Origin: an uncultured delta proteobacterium
GTDB lineage: Bacteria; Myxococcota_A; Polyangia; Palsa-1104
Direction: 5' to 3'
DNA: 64,000 nt
NCBI GenBank assembly: GCA_963785725.1
Contig: CAWAWS010000007.1
Span: 320,001 to 384,000, forward strand
Shown here: positions 1-10,641 of the stretch, piece by piece
How the letters are laid out: each line of letters starts with the position of its first letter
Position numbering within the stretch: position 1 is the stretch's first letter
The notes under the pieces: model-generated
The model's input: the letters and a program-made list of their open reading frames with translations, nothing else
Told to the model about the DNA's origin: nothing
Databases searched by the model: none
Position numbers and translations under genes: made by a program

Positions 1-1149
1 GATCGAATGGATGGCGTCGGTGACCTGCTTCGAGCCGCGCGCCTGCTCGACGGTGGCGCGGGCGATCTCGCGCACCATCTGCGTCGACCGATCGGCCGAC
101 TCGAGAATGCGGCGCAGCGCGTCCTCGGCTTGATGCGAGACCTTGACGCCTTCGTCGACGCTGCGCGCGCCGCGCTCGACGGCGCCGATGGCGTGCTCGG
201 ACTCTTTTTGCACGCCTTTGATGAGGTCGGCGATCTCCTTGGTCGACGTGGCCGAGCGCTCTGCCAGATCCTTGATCTCGTCGGCGACGACGGCGAAGCC
301 TTTGCCGTGCTCGCCGGCCTGCGCGGCGATGATGGCGGCGTTGAGCGCGAGCAAGTTGGTCTGCTCGGCGACGTCGTCGATGACCTCGAGGATCTTGCCG
401 ATCTCGCCGATCTTGCCGCCCAGCGACGAGATGATGCGCACCGTCTCCTCGGACGAGCCCTTGATCTTGTTGATGCCGTCGATGGTGTGGCCGATGGCTT
501 GCGCGCCCGATTGCGCCGCGCGCGACACCTCTTCGGACAGGCGCGCCGTCTCGTTGGCGTTGTTCTCGACCTGGCGAATGGAGATATCCATCTCGTTCAT
601 CGAGGACGACGTCTCTTCCGCCGTCGACGAGAGCGCCTCGACGTTCTTGGCCACTTCCTTGATCGAGAAGGTCATCTCCTCGATCGACGTCGCCGACTCC
701 TGCACGCTGCCGGCGAGGTTGACCATGTTCTCGGCCACTTCGTCGTTCGCCGCCGCCATCTCCAGGATCGACGACGACGACTCCTCGGCCGCCGCCGCCA
801 AGGTCTCGACCGAGTGCGCGATCTGCTTCAGCGACGCGGTCATCTGATGCAGCGACGCCGCCGTCTCCTCGATCGCGCCCAGCTGCGACTCGGTCACCGC
901 GCGCAATTCGCCGAGCCCGGTCTCGGTCGTGCGCAAGACCTCGGCGCGCTCGTTCATCTCGGCTTCGACGCTCTCGACCTTCTGCTGCGTCGTGTAGAGC
1001 ATGAACAGGGCCGGCGCACCGCCGAGCAGCGCCACCAAGAGCAGCGGCGCGACGAACGGCGTTTGCGCGCCGGCGAGGAAGTAGCCGGCCACTGCGATTA
1101 CGACCAGCCAGGCCGCGGACAGCGCCGGCCAGCGCACACTCGGAGTCAT
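1..1149 (-). CDS. Methyl-accepting chemotaxis protein (runs off window start)
   Basis: Manual minus-strand translation from ATG 1149: two N-terminal hydrophobic helices, then the MCP signalling hairpin IGKILEVIDDVAEQTNLLALNAAIIAAQAGEHGKGFAVVADEIKDLAERS. Missing from the ORF track because it has no stop in the window. Confidence 0.93.
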   Translation of the reverse strand, partial: MTPSVRWPALSAAWLVVIAVAGYFLAGAQTPFVAPLLLVALLGGAPALFMLYTTQQKVESVEAEMNERAEVLRTTETGLGELRAVTESQLGAIEETAASLHQMTASLKQIAHSVETLAAAAEESSSSILEMAAANDEVAENMVNLAGSVQESATSIEEMTFSIKEVAKNVEALSSTAEETSSSMNEMDISIRQVENNANETARLSEEVSRAAQSGAQAIGHTIDGINKIKGSSEETVRIISSLGGKIGEIGKILEVIDDVAEQTNLLALNAAIIAAQAGEHGKGFAVVADEIKDLAERSATSTKEIADLIKGVQKESEHAIGAVERGARSVDEGVKVSHQAEDALRRILESADRSTQMVREIARATVEQARGSKQVTDAIHSI

Positions 1150-1333
1150 GGCGGCAAATTGTATCTGGCTTCCACGACAAGCGAAAGAACCGCGCGTGAA
1201 AAGCGCACAGGCCGTGACGAGAAATGACCAAGGACGACCAGCGTCGGCGGCGCCAAGCGCTGACGTGGCTGGGTGCGCGTCGCCGCGGGTTGGCTGCCGT
1301 TCGTGGTCTCGTTCACCGTCGCTGGAGGCGAGC

Positions 1334-2380
1334 TCAGTCGGCGAAGAGCGGCATCTGCTGCATGGCGCGGTGTGGCTGTAACGCGTGGGCGCGAATGCCG
1401 GCGGCGGCAAACGCGCGCAAGGCCTCGTCGCCGTAGCCGCTCGTGAGCCACACGTCGCGCGCCTCGGCGGCGGCGGCATGCGCGACCAGCGACGGCAGAT
1501 CGCCGGTGTCGGCGAGCGCGAAGGCGGCGTCGACGCGCAGCTTGGCCGGCCCGTCGGGATCGAGCGCTGCGCCGGTCGCGGCCAAGAGGCGCGCCGAGCG
1601 TAAACGGCCGATCGCCGGCGCGTTGCGCGCGTCCAGCGGCCAGACGACGACTTCGCCGCGCGCCGGCGAGCCGCGAAAGGGGCGCACGGCGCCTTCGGGC
1701 GCGCGCACCGGTAGGCCGCAGCGGGCGTAGCCGTCGAGCCAAGCGCCCAGTCGCGCATGCAGTCGCAGCGGCAGGCCGGCGGCGACGAGCTGGGCCACGA
1801 TCTCGACGGCGCCCGGCGGGCTGGCCAGCACGACCGGTGTCGCGCCGTCGTCGAGCGCGCGGGTGACGGCGGCGGCGAGCGCGGCTTCGGCCTCGGCGCG
1901 CGGCGGCAGCTTGCGCCCGTAAACCGCCAGCGGCGCGTCCAAACACAAGGCGTCGGCGGCGCGCACCTGCGCCGGCTCGGCAAAGCGGCTCGGCTGCGGA
2001 TTGAGCGGCCCGCAGTAGCCGACGCGCCGCCCATCGAGCTCGACGTACAGCTGCGCGGCGCCCGGCGCGTGACCCGACGGCAACAGCTCGAGGCGCAGGC
2101 GGCCGAGCGCGAACGGCCGGCCGAACGGCGTCACCAGCGTCGCCGCCGCCTGACCGCGCGGCGCGACCTCGACGGCGCGCAGGAGCCGCGTGCGCTCGGT
2201 CGTCACCAGCCGCACGTCGGCGCCGCCACGCAGCCGCGGTGCCCGCGCGTGCGAGACGAACGCCGTGGCTTCGGCCGGGCAGCGGCGCGCGTCGCAGTGG
2301 ATGTCGGTGCCGGCCACACGCACGCCGTCGGCCCAGGTGAAGGCATCGGCGGAAGGTGCGGGCGGCAGCCTCGGCGGCAC
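1334..2380 (-). CDS. MBL-fold/beta-CASP exonuclease-like protein, apparently catalytically degenerate
   Basis: Scaffold FVSHARA...LLPSGHAPGAAQL...RRVGYCGPLN...AFALADTGDL...VWLTSGY follows the ligase-associated/beta-CASP exonuclease layout, but most metal ligands are replaced. Confidence 0.7.
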   Translation of the reverse strand: MPPRLPPAPSADAFTWADGVRVAGTDIHCDARRCPAEATAFVSHARAPRLRGGADVRLVTTERTRLLRAVEVAPRGQAAATLVTPFGRPFALGRLRLELLPSGHAPGAAQLYVELDGRRVGYCGPLNPQPSRFAEPAQVRAADALCLDAPLAVYGRKLPPRAEAEAALAAAVTRALDDGATPVVLASPPGAVEIVAQLVAAGLPLRLHARLGAWLDGYARCGLPVRAPEGAVRPFRGSPARGEVVVWPLDARNAPAIGRLRSARLLAATGAALDPDGPAKLRVDAAFALADTGDLPSLVAHAAAAEARDVWLTSGYGDEALRAFAAAGIRAHALQPHRAMQQMPLFAD

Positions 2381-2594
2381 GACGACCCTTTAGCGGGCGG
2401 CGCCCGACAAAGCAAGAATCGTTACAAACGACGCGACAAATTGGCGGGTCGCCGCTTTGCCTACCGCGCCAAAACGCGCGTCCGACGCAGCAGGCTGGGC
2501 GTGGCGTCTATCGTGGCGCCGGGCCGTCCGATCCCCTAAGCTCGCCCGGCATGAAGCGCTCGTACCCTCACTGTCGCGGGAGCCAACCTTGGCG

Positions 2595-3803
2595 ATGACC
2601 GCGGAGACCCGGCGGCGCTCGTCGCTGGGCATCATCTTCCTGACCGTGCTGCTCGATCTTCTCGGCTTCGGAATCGTCATTCCGATCTTGCCGCTCTACG
2701 CCGAGAAGCTGCACGCGACCGACATCGAGACCGGCATCTTGCTCGCGGTCTACTCGGTCATGCAGCTCATCTTCTCGCCGATTTGGGGCCGCCTGTCCGA
2801 TCGCGCCGGGCGCCGTCCGGTGCTCTTGATCTCGATCCTCGGCAGCTGCGGCTCGCAGCTCGGCTACGCGCTGGCGCCGTCGTTTTGGTGGCTCGTCGTC
2901 GCGCGCGGCTTCGCCGGCGTGTGCGGCGCCAACATCACCGCCGCGCAGGCTTACATCGCCGACGTCACCGACGAGAAGAACCGCGCCGCCGGCATGGGCA
3001 TGCTGGGCGCCGCGATGGGCCTCGGCTTCGTGTTCGGCCCCGCGGTCGGCGGCTTTCTGTCGACGCGCTCGGCGACGCTGCCGTTCTTCGTCGCCGCCGG
3101 CTTGGCGGCGGTGAACTTCGTCTCGGCCTTGACGATCTTGAAGGAGCCGCGCTCGCGGCAAGAGCGCACCAAAGCCCGCACGCTGAGCTGGGGCGGCCTC
3201 GTGCGCACGGCCTCGACGCCGCGCCTCCTGACGCTGATGCTGCTCTTCTTCGTCGTCACCTTCGGCTTCGCCAATCTGGAGGCGACGTTCTCGCTCTATC
3301 TCGAGCGTCAGTTTCACTATGGTCGTCGCGAAGCCTCGTATCTGTTCACCTATATCGGCGTGCTCATGGTGCTCGTGCAGGGCGGGCTGGTGCGCTGGCT
3401 GGCGCCGAAGGTGGGCGAGCGATCGCTCATCATCGCCGGCACGCTGCTGATGTCGTGCGGCTTCTTGCTGCAGTGGCAGGCGACGACGGTGGCGATGCTG
3501 CTCGTCGCGATCGCGATCACGGCCATCGGCAACGGCTTCAATACGCCGTCGCTGTCGTCGCTGATTTCGCGCGCGGCGGCGGGCGAGCATCAGGGCGGCG
3601 TGCTCGGCGTGTCGCAGGCGATGGGCGCGTTGGCGCGCGTCGTCGGACCGCTCGTGGGCACGGCGACGCTGGCGTTCGGCGTGCGCGTCCCCTATTTGAC
3701 CGGCGGTCTGACGCTGCTGTTGGCCTGCCTGTTCGCGACGGCGTTCGTGCGTCAGCCGTCGCTGCCGCCGGCGAGCGCGTCGCCGCCGCCGTCGGTCGGC
3801 TAA
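2595..3803 (+). CDS. MFS transporter, TetA/DHA1 family
   Basis: About 12 hydrophobic segments; motif A GRLSDRAGRRPVLL, antiporter motif C GFVFGPAVGG, LDLLGFGIVIPILP. Confidence 0.93.
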   Translation: MTAETRRRSSLGIIFLTVLLDLLGFGIVIPILPLYAEKLHATDIETGILLAVYSVMQLIFSPIWGRLSDRAGRRPVLLISILGSCGSQLGYALAPSFWWLVVARGFAGVCGANITAAQAYIADVTDEKNRAAGMGMLGAAMGLGFVFGPAVGGFLSTRSATLPFFVAAGLAAVNFVSALTILKEPRSRQERTKARTLSWGGLVRTASTPRLLTLMLLFFVVTFGFANLEATFSLYLERQFHYGRREASYLFTYIGVLMVLVQGGLVRWLAPKVGERSLIIAGTLLMSCGFLLQWQATTVAMLLVAIAITAIGNGFNTPSLSSLISRAAAGEHQGGVLGVSQAMGALARVVGPLVGTATLAFGVRVPYLTGGLTLLLACLFATAFVRQPSLPPASASPPPSVG

Positions 3804-5217
3804 GCGGGCTTCTGGCGGCGCTGTAAGCGGCCGAGGCCGTCGTACGCGGCGTACTTGAACATCTCGCTCAGCGTCGGAAAGTTGAAGACCTGCTCGATGA
3901 AGTCGTCGATGCGACCGCCGAAGTGCATGACGGCGGCGCCGATGTGCACGAGCTCGGTCGCGCGCTCGCCGATGACGTGGACGCCGAGCAGCTTCTTGTC
4001 CTTGGCGTCGAACACCAGCTTCACCATGCCGCCCAAGTCGCCGACGATCTGGCCGCGCGCGTTGTCGCGATAGAAGGCGCGGCCGATCTCGAAGTCGAGC
4101 CCCTTCTTTTTGGCCGACTCCTCGGTCTCGCCGATCATCGAGACCTCGGGGATCGTGTACAGCCCGTAAGGGAACTGCGAGGCGACGCGCAGCTTGTACT
4201 CGAAGCCGAAGGCGTGACAGGCGGCGACGCGCGCCTGCTCCATCGCCACCGACGCCAGCGCCGGGAAGCCGATGACGTCGCCGGCGGCGTAGACGCGCTG
4301 GCCGGGAACGCCGGCGATGCGGAAGTGCTCGTCGGTGCGCAGAAGGCCGCGCGCGTCGGGCGCGGCGCCGATGCGCTCGAGGCCCATGCCGCGCGTGTTG
4401 CCGGCGCGACCGCCGGCGAAGAGCAGCCGCTCGCATTCGAGGTCGGTGCCGTCGCTCAAGCGGCAGTGCAGCTTGCCGCCGCTGCGGCCGACCTCGACGA
4501 CCTCGCGCTTGAAGAGCAGCTCGATGCCCAGCTTCTTCAGCTGCTCGGTCAACACCAGGTTGATCTCGTGATCGAGGAAGCCCAAGATCGAGTCGCGGCC
4601 TTCGACGATGGTGCACTTGGTGCCGAGCGCGGCGAAGATCGACGCGTATTCGCAGCCGATGACGCCGCCGCCGAGCACCACCATCTGCTCCGGGATCTTG
4701 TCGAGCCGCAAGATCGAGTCGGAGTCGTCGACCTCGGGATCTTCGAAGGGCACGAACTGCGGGCGAAATGGCGATGAGCCGGTGGCGATGAGGATGGCGT
4801 CGGCCGTCACGCGCTGCGGCGTGCCGTCGATGGGCGTCAGCTCGAGCGTGTGCTCGTCGACGAAGCGCGCGGCGCCGTCGAGGAGCTCGACGCCGTGGCG
4901 GGTGAGGTTGCCGCTGATGCGCCGCTGCTCCGAGCCGAGCACCGGATCTTGCCGGCACATCAGCTCCGGCACAGACGGCGCGCCGGTCAGCGCCACCGAC
5001 AGGCCGTACAGCTCGCGCTGGCGATAGCCGGAGAGGAAGAGCGCGGTCTCGCGCAGCGTCTTCGAGGGCAGCGTGCCGGTGTTGACGCAGGCGCCGCCGA
5101 GCGCGTCCTGCTTCTCGATGATGGCGACGCGCTTGCCGAAGTAGGCCGCCTGCGCGGCCCCTTTTCGCCGGCCGGTCCCGAGCCGATCACCAGCCAGTCG
5201 TAGTCGAAGGAGGCCAT
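3800..5217 (-). CDS. sthA: Si-specific soluble NAD(P)+ transhydrogenase (1-nt frameshift near 5160)
   Basis: YDWLVIGSGPAGEKG joins AAQAAYFGKRVAIIEK...GGACVNTGTLPSKTLRE if one G is restored to a G-run; C-terminus VFNFPTLSEMFKYAAYDGL. Confidence 0.9.
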
Positions 5218-5375
5218 GGGCCGCTATCGTACCAGGCTCATGCGCGACGGCTACTGACGAACGGGTGACGCGCGCTACAACAGGAAGTGGGCGCGGGATT
5301 CAGCGGGATTCAGCAGTCGCACGGCCGGTGCCGGCGCGTGCCTGCGCCGAGCGAGCGGTGTCGGCGCCGAACGCG

Positions 5376-5738
5376 TTACTTCGACGAGCGCGCGGACTGC
5401 GCGGCGAGATCGGCGCGGCGCCAGCGCGGCGGCTGGAACGTGACCTTGCCGCCCTCTTCGCGGTACGACGCCGGAACCAGCGTGTAGCCTTCCTTCGCGT
5501 CGCGGCGTTCGCCCTGGTGCCAGACCCACGTGCCCGCGACCGGCTGATAATAACCGGGCACCCACACCTCGCGCTCGGACAGCTTGGGCATGTCCTCTTT
5601 GCGCGGCTCGGGCGGCGTCGACGACATCGTGTCGTAGTGCGAGGCGCTCGCCGACGAGGACGACGCGGGCGCGCCGGTCATGGTGGCGCAACCAACGGCG
5701 GCGAAGCAGAGCAGCGAGGTCAGGAGCGAACGAATCAT
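5376..5738 (-). CDS. Lipoprotein with YXWGXW/WXXGXW-type repeats
   Basis: Signal peptide with lipobox AVGC; VWVPGYYQPVAGTWVWHQG repeat-like segment; GGAGG RBS upstream. Confidence 0.75.
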   Translation of the reverse strand: MIRSLLTSLLCFAAVGCATMTGAPASSSSASASHYDTMSSTPPEPRKEDMPKLSEREVWVPGYYQPVAGTWVWHQGERRDAKEGYTLVPASYREEGGKVTFQPPRWRRADLAAQSARSSK

Positions 5739-5922
5739 TCGAATTACCCTCCGCTGCTTAATTTAGCGAAATACCCAATAGAATCAACTAGTAAGAAATG
5801 ATATGCTGCTTACACTCCTTTCGCGCGATGGTGATATTTGGCCATTTGGCGTACGTCGCGTGCAGCGGTGCTCGCGTTTTCGCGGGAGCCGTGTCGCCGT
5901 AGGTTGGACGACGTAGGTGCGA

Positions 5923-6231
5923 TCACTTCTTACGCAGCGACTCCGGCATGTCGGGGATGCGCACGGTCAGATCTCCCGTCGGTGCGAGCTGACACGAGAG
6001 GCGCAGCTTGGTGATGAAGTAGGTGTTGCCGAGGTGCTTCTTCTCGGCGGCGTTGATGGGCCCGACGTTGGCTTCGCCCGCCAAAATCTTGACGCGACAG
6101 AGGCCGCACGTCGCCTTGCCGGCGCACGCCGTGGGGACGGGAATGCCGCTGCGGCGCGCGCAGGCGAACACGGATTCGCCGGGATTGCAGTCGACGGTGA
6201 TGCCGAGAGGCTCGAACAGGACGCGAGGCAC
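5923..6231 (-). CDS. 2Fe-2S ferredoxin
   Basis: CAGKATCGLC...RLSCQ plant/adrenodoxin-type cysteine motif. Confidence 0.92.
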   Translation of the reverse strand: MPRVLFEPLGITVDCNPGESVFACARRSGIPVPTACAGKATCGLCRVKILAGEANVGPINAAEKKHLGNTYFITKLRLSCQLAPTGDLTVRIPDMPESLRKK

Positions 6232-6347
6232 GCCGCACAATTTAGCCCGAGATCTCCCATCGTGAGAATTTCCCTTCCGCGCCTAGGGAAACGGCGGTGT
6301 CGAACGACGCAGGAAGCGCCGGCATCAGGTTTGCGATGGGTGGCGCC

Positions 6348-7859
6348 ATGTCATTTCGTTCGGCGCGCGCGTTGGCTTTGGCTTGCTCGTTGTCGGTTCC
6401 GCTCGTCGGCTGCGGCGGCAATTCTCACGACGGCGGCGCCGGCGGCGGAATCGCCGGCGGCGGCGGAACGGCTGGCGGCGGCGGCGGTGGCGTCGTCGGA
6501 CACGATATGTCCGTCGCGCAGGATCAAGGCGTCGGGCCTGGTAGCACCGATATGTCGCGCACGGCGCCGCCGGGCGCCGACTTGGCCCTCCCGCCGGCCG
6601 GCGACGACACCGGCGACGGCGGACCGCCGGGCACGTTGGCCGACGGTGGCGTCTTCACGCCGCCGGCGCCGCCCGCGCCGCCGGGCGCCGACATGGGTCC
6701 GATCGCGCACGCACCGCCGGCGACGCTGGCCGGCCTCGTCGTCCTGTCGAGCGGGCTCGATTTTCAGGACGTGTCGACCGATCAAGGTGGCGGCATTTGG
6801 GCGGTCACGCAGCAGTCGGTCTATTACTGGCCGGCCGGCGCCACGACGCCGTACACGTACAATCAGGCGAATGGCCTCGCGCAAGGCAAGACGAGCTGGC
6901 TCGACGACTACTGGTGCGCGGGCGACGGCTTGACCTGCCCGTACACGTGGCCGGTGTACTTCAACTCCGTCGCCGGCGGTCAGTCGGGCCAGGCCGTCGT
7001 CGGTAACCAAGGGCTCATCGCCGACCGCATCGACGTCGTGCCCGCGACCGGCGCCGTGCAAGACATCGTCGGCCTACAGGTGACGTCGACGCAGCAGGGC
7101 GATCCGACCGAGCTCGTCGATCAGCAGCAGCGCGTGGTCTCGTCGTGGAAAGTGGCGCTCGATCTCAACGGCCCGCTCGGCGGCACGGCTTATCTCGGCG
7201 GCTGGCACGGCCTCTCGGCGTTTCACGGCTTCATGAATTCGGCGACGACCGGCATCTGCGGCCTGAATTGCCCCAACTTCGAGGAGCACGCGCATCCCAT
7301 CACCGAGACCAACATCGAAGGGCGCGACATCAAGGGCATCGCCGTGACGCCCGAGGGCGACTTGTGGGTGGGCGACGCCGATTCGTTGTGGTTCATCCCC
7401 GAAGGCTCGAAGGGCGCCGACGCCGACTTCTTCCAGAACCCGGTGATTCCCGGCCAGACCGCGGCCTATCTCGATGTGTTCCCGGGCCAGACCGACAACA
7501 TCACGAGCGTCGACTTGGACGCGGCGGGCGGCATCTATATCGCGTCGGAGACGAACGGGCTCGCCTATTTGGCGCCGGGAACCTACGCGCCGACCTATTG
7601 GTCGACGGCGGACGTGCTGCCGAAGAACGCGCTGCGCTCGGTCGCCGTCGATCAGCTGGGCGACGTGTGGATCGGCACCGAGCAGGCCGGCGTCGTGCGC
7701 TACACGCCGTCGAGCGGGACGTGGACGTATTACACGCAGGCCAGCGCCGGCTTGCCGTCGAACGATATCCGCGCCGTGCACGTCGACAAATACGCGGCCA
7801 GCGGCCGCACCGTCTACTTCGCGACCGACTACGGCATCGGCGTCTACACCGGCCCCTAA
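6348..7859 (+). CDS. Lipoprotein with Gly/Pro-rich linker and beta-propeller (two-component regulator propeller-like repeats)
   Basis: Lipobox LVGC; repeats such as DQLGDVWIGTEQAGVVRY, GLPSNDIRAV, TPEGDLWVG. Confidence 0.8.
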   Translation: MSFRSARALALACSLSVPLVGCGGNSHDGGAGGGIAGGGGTAGGGGGGVVGHDMSVAQDQGVGPGSTDMSRTAPPGADLALPPAGDDTGDGGPPGTLADGGVFTPPAPPAPPGADMGPIAHAPPATLAGLVVLSSGLDFQDVSTDQGGGIWAVTQQSVYYWPAGATTPYTYNQANGLAQGKTSWLDDYWCAGDGLTCPYTWPVYFNSVAGGQSGQAVVGNQGLIADRIDVVPATGAVQDIVGLQVTSTQQGDPTELVDQQQRVVSSWKVALDLNGPLGGTAYLGGWHGLSAFHGFMNSATTGICGLNCPNFEEHAHPITETNIEGRDIKGIAVTPEGDLWVGDADSLWFIPEGSKGADADFFQNPVIPGQTAAYLDVFPGQTDNITSVDLDAAGGIYIASETNGLAYLAPGTYAPTYWSTADVLPKNALRSVAVDQLGDVWIGTEQAGVVRYTPSSGTWTYYTQASAGLPSNDIRAVHVDKYAASGRTVYFATDYGIGVYTGP

Positions 7860-7874
7860 GGTCTAACGCACGTT

Positions 7875-8489
7875 CTATGTCTTCTTCTTATCGACGGTTG
7901 TCTTAGTCGCTTTAGCAGCTGCTTTAGCCGGTCGGCGTTTGGAGACATACTTGGAGTCGGCGTCGATGAAGCGCCACGGCTTGTGCGCCCACTCGCCGGC
8001 GTAGTCGATGCCGATGCGCGGCGTGGCCTCGATGCGCGGTTTGGGTCGCGATTTCTCGCGCGGCTCGAGCCAGAGCACGTCGCTGGTGACGAGGTCGATG
8101 CCGTTGTGGGCGCGCGTGATGCCGAGCGCGCGACACAGCTTGCCCGGGCCGTTGGTCCCGCCGTCGAGCGGCGCCTCCGGCTCGAGCGCGCGAATGAGGA
8201 CGGCGGCCGGCGAACCGGCGGGCTCGCACACGACATTGAATTGATCGTACATGCCATAGATCAAGAAGACATAAGCATGGCCGGGCGCACCATAGAGCAA
8301 GCGCGAGCGCGGCGTCTCACCGAAGCGCGCATGACACGCCTGATCTTCTTCGTGCACATAGGCTTCGACCTCGACGATGCGACCGCGCAAGATACCGCGC
8401 GACGTGCGATGGACGAGGTGGCAGCCGACGAGCTCGGGCGCGACGACGAGGCAGTCGCGCGCGTAAAAGCGGCGCGGCAGCGGCTTCAT
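7875..8489 (-). CDS. DNA-3-methyladenine glycosylase (MPG/AAG family)
   Basis: GRIVEVEAY, HAYVFLIYGMY, AVLIRALEP, NGPGKLCRALGI, TPRIGI motifs. Confidence 0.96.
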   Translation of the reverse strand: MKPLPRRFYARDCLVVAPELVGCHLVHRTSRGILRGRIVEVEAYVHEEDQACHARFGETPRSRLLYGAPGHAYVFLIYGMYDQFNVVCEPAGSPAAVLIRALEPEAPLDGGTNGPGKLCRALGITRAHNGIDLVTSDVLWLEPREKSRPKPRIEATPRIGIDYAGEWAHKPWRFIDADSKYVSKRRPAKAAAKATKTTVDKKKT

Positions 8490-9211
8490 TCGGCGGCGGC
8501 GAAGAGCAGGCGCTGCTTGTCGATGCGCTCGAGCACCGGCTGCACGCGGCCATCGGCGGTGAGCGACTCGAAGAGCGCGTTGGCCAAGCGGATATAGGAA
8601 TCGCGGTCTATGAATCCTTGCAACAGTCGATAGCGCAACAGCACAAAGGCCGTCTGGGTCACGTCCATCAAGCAGTAGTTCTTGATCGACTGGATTTGAC
8701 CGGCGTTGTACAGGCCTTCGACTTGGCTGCCGTCGACGCCGACTTTGCCGGGCAGGCCGACGACGCGCGCGATCGAGTCGAGCGAGCCGACGCGCGCCGC
8801 GCCGTGCTCGGACAAGAAGTCATAGAGATCGATGTGTCCCGAGTCGGTGTAGCGATAACGATAGTCTTTGTCGTCGAAGAAGAAGCGCAGCGGCACGCCA
8901 TGACGCAGGCAGCGCAGCATGATGACCGGCAAGTCGAAGCTGCGGCCGTTGTAGGTCACCAAATGCGGGCGCCACTGCTCGACGAACTGCGAGAAGTCGC
9001 GCAGCATGCCCACTTCGTCGTCGTGCTCGCCGATGACGCCGATGCGCTTGAACTGATAAAGCTCGTCGAGCCAGAGCACGCCGATGACGATGGGGCGATG
9101 CGCGTGCAGCGGCGGAAACGGCTTCTCGGTGCCGGCCGGCAAATCGGGCGCTTTGTACAGCTCGCTATCGGGAACGGTCTCGATATCGAGGACGAGATAA
9201 CCGCGGCTCAT
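8486..9211 (-). CDS. Stand-alone PolB-like 3'-5' exonuclease (DEDDy)
   Basis: ExoI LDIETVPD, ExoII YNGRSFDLP, ExoIII YCLMDV. Confidence 0.9.
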   Translation of the reverse strand: MSRGYLVLDIETVPDSELYKAPDLPAGTEKPFPPLHAHRPIVIGVLWLDELYQFKRIGVIGEHDDEVGMLRDFSQFVEQWRPHLVTYNGRSFDLPVIMLRCLRHGVPLRFFFDDKDYRYRYTDSGHIDLYDFLSEHGAARVGSLDSIARVVGLPGKVGVDGSQVEGLYNAGQIQSIKNYCLMDVTQTAFVLLRYRLLQGFIDRDSYIRLANALFESLTADGRVQPVLERIDKQRLLFAAAE

Positions 9212-9218
9212 GTGGCGC

Positions 9219-10403
9219 TCATAAGGGGAAGCTCAAGGTGAGGCCGGCGACGTCGGCGTCACCGAAGGCGGTGTGCGCGTAGCCGCCGTTGAAGTAGTGG
9301 CCGTACGAGAGCTCGAGGAAGCCGTCGGCGAGCCAGGCGGCGCCGGGCAATCCCTTCCACGCGCGCAGGCCGGCCAGCTTGACGAGCACGCGCAGCTCGA
9401 GGAATTCGGCGGCGAAGCGGCTGAGCTTGGGATCGGACGTGTAAAAGAGGTTGTTGCGCGATTGCGTGAGGAAGCACGTCGTGCAGCGCAAGCCGACGCC
9501 GTTGGGATAGAACGGCACCGAGCCGTTGTCGCTCCAAAACACGGCCTGCGTCTGCCAGTAATAGCGGCCGGTGACGCGGAACTCGACGGGCCCGACGGGA
9601 ATGTACGTGCGCAGCTCGGGCGTGTGCGAGAGAACGCCCCAATCGTCCCAATAGAAGCGATAGGACGGGCGAAACGCGAGATAGGGCATGCGGCGAAACG
9701 GCAGCGGAATGATGTAATGCGCCGACGCCGACAGCGACTGGCGAATGCGCTGATAAGGCACGAGCTCGCGCGCCGGCGCGCCGCCCAAGTTGACCGTGCG
9801 GTAGGGATTCGCGAGCCAGCCGTTGTTGCGATCGCCGAAGCCGAGGACGCCGATCTCGTACGACAAGACGCCGACGAGCTTGGGCGTGATGACCTGCGTC
9901 GCCGTCAAGATGCCGCGCACCGACTGCAGGCCGCCGACGGGATTGTAGAGCGTCGGACCCATGCGCTGCGCCACGCGATCGTTGCCGTAGCTGAGCGTGG
10001 CGTAGAGCGTCGTGTTCTTTTGGAACAGCTCGACGAGCGCGCCCAAGCTGGCGGTGTGCGCCCAATAATCGGACTCGCTCGAATATGAATAGGCGCCGGT
10101 GATGAGCGTGGGACCGATGCGTTGGCCGAGCGTGAAGCCGGCTTCGTTGCGCAGCTCGGTGAACGGCTGATCGCTGGTGACGCCGGCGGCGATCGAGGCC
10201 GACGTGATGGCGTCGAGCAGGTAGTGCGCGCCGACGAGCGTGCCGTTGGGCAGCTCCTTTTGCAGCTCGACTTCGGGCTGCACGACGCGCGTGTTGCGAT
10301 CGCGCCAATAGTTGCCGCGCAAGGTGACGAAGTCGTCGGCGAACGCGCGCGCGCTCGTCAACGACGTCGCCAAAAGTACGAGCGCAGCGACGAGGCGGCT
10401 CAC
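9219..10403 (-). CDS. DUF3570-family outer-membrane beta-barrel-like protein
   Basis: Signal peptide; DAITSAS, YSSESDYWA, LANPYR, YRFYWDDWGVLSHT, RYYWQT motifs; adjacent to DUF4266 gene. Confidence 0.85.
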   Translation of the reverse strand: MSRLVAALVLLATSLTSARAFADDFVTLRGNYWRDRNTRVVQPEVELQKELPNGTLVGAHYLLDAITSASIAAGVTSDQPFTELRNEAGFTLGQRIGPTLITGAYSYSSESDYWAHTASLGALVELFQKNTTLYATLSYGNDRVAQRMGPTLYNPVGGLQSVRGILTATQVITPKLVGVLSYEIGVLGFGDRNNGWLANPYRTVNLGGAPARELVPYQRIRQSLSASAHYIIPLPFRRMPYLAFRPSYRFYWDDWGVLSHTPELRTYIPVGPVEFRVTGRYYWQTQAVFWSDNGSVPFYPNGVGLRCTTCFLTQSRNNLFYTSDPKLSRFAAEFLELRVLVKLAGLRAWKGLPGAAWLADGFLELSYGHYFNGGYAHTAFGDADVAGLTLSFPL

Positions 10404-10425
10404 GTGCGCGAGGCGGACCGAACCA

Positions 10426-10641
10426 TCAGTTGCACCCGCAGCCGCCGCCGGCGGCGCCGAAGCCGCCTTCGGAGCCTTCGCGCGAGCTTTGATAGTGGGC
10501 GCGGAACTGGCTCTCGGCGCTTTCGGCGCCCGGCTGCATGGCGCGCACGCTCAGGTACTCGCGCTGATACGGCTTGACGCCGCCGCATCCGCTGGCGCCG
10601 GCGGCGACAGCGACGGTGAACAGAAATGCGGCCAGTTTCAT
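10426..10641 (-). CDS. DUF4266-family small lipoprotein
   Basis: MKLAAFLFTVAVAAGASGCGGVKPYQREYL...SREGSEGGFGAAGGGCGCN; diagnostic C-terminal GGGCGCN; ATGA overlap with the upstream gene. Confidence 0.9.
   Translation of the reverse strand: MKLAAFLFTVAVAAGASGCGGVKPYQREYLSVRAMQPGAESAESQFRAHYQSSREGSEGGFGAAGGGCGCN

Noticed and set aside
7..1227. 406-aa plus-strand ORF
   Set aside because: Antisense shadow of the minus-strand MCP gene.
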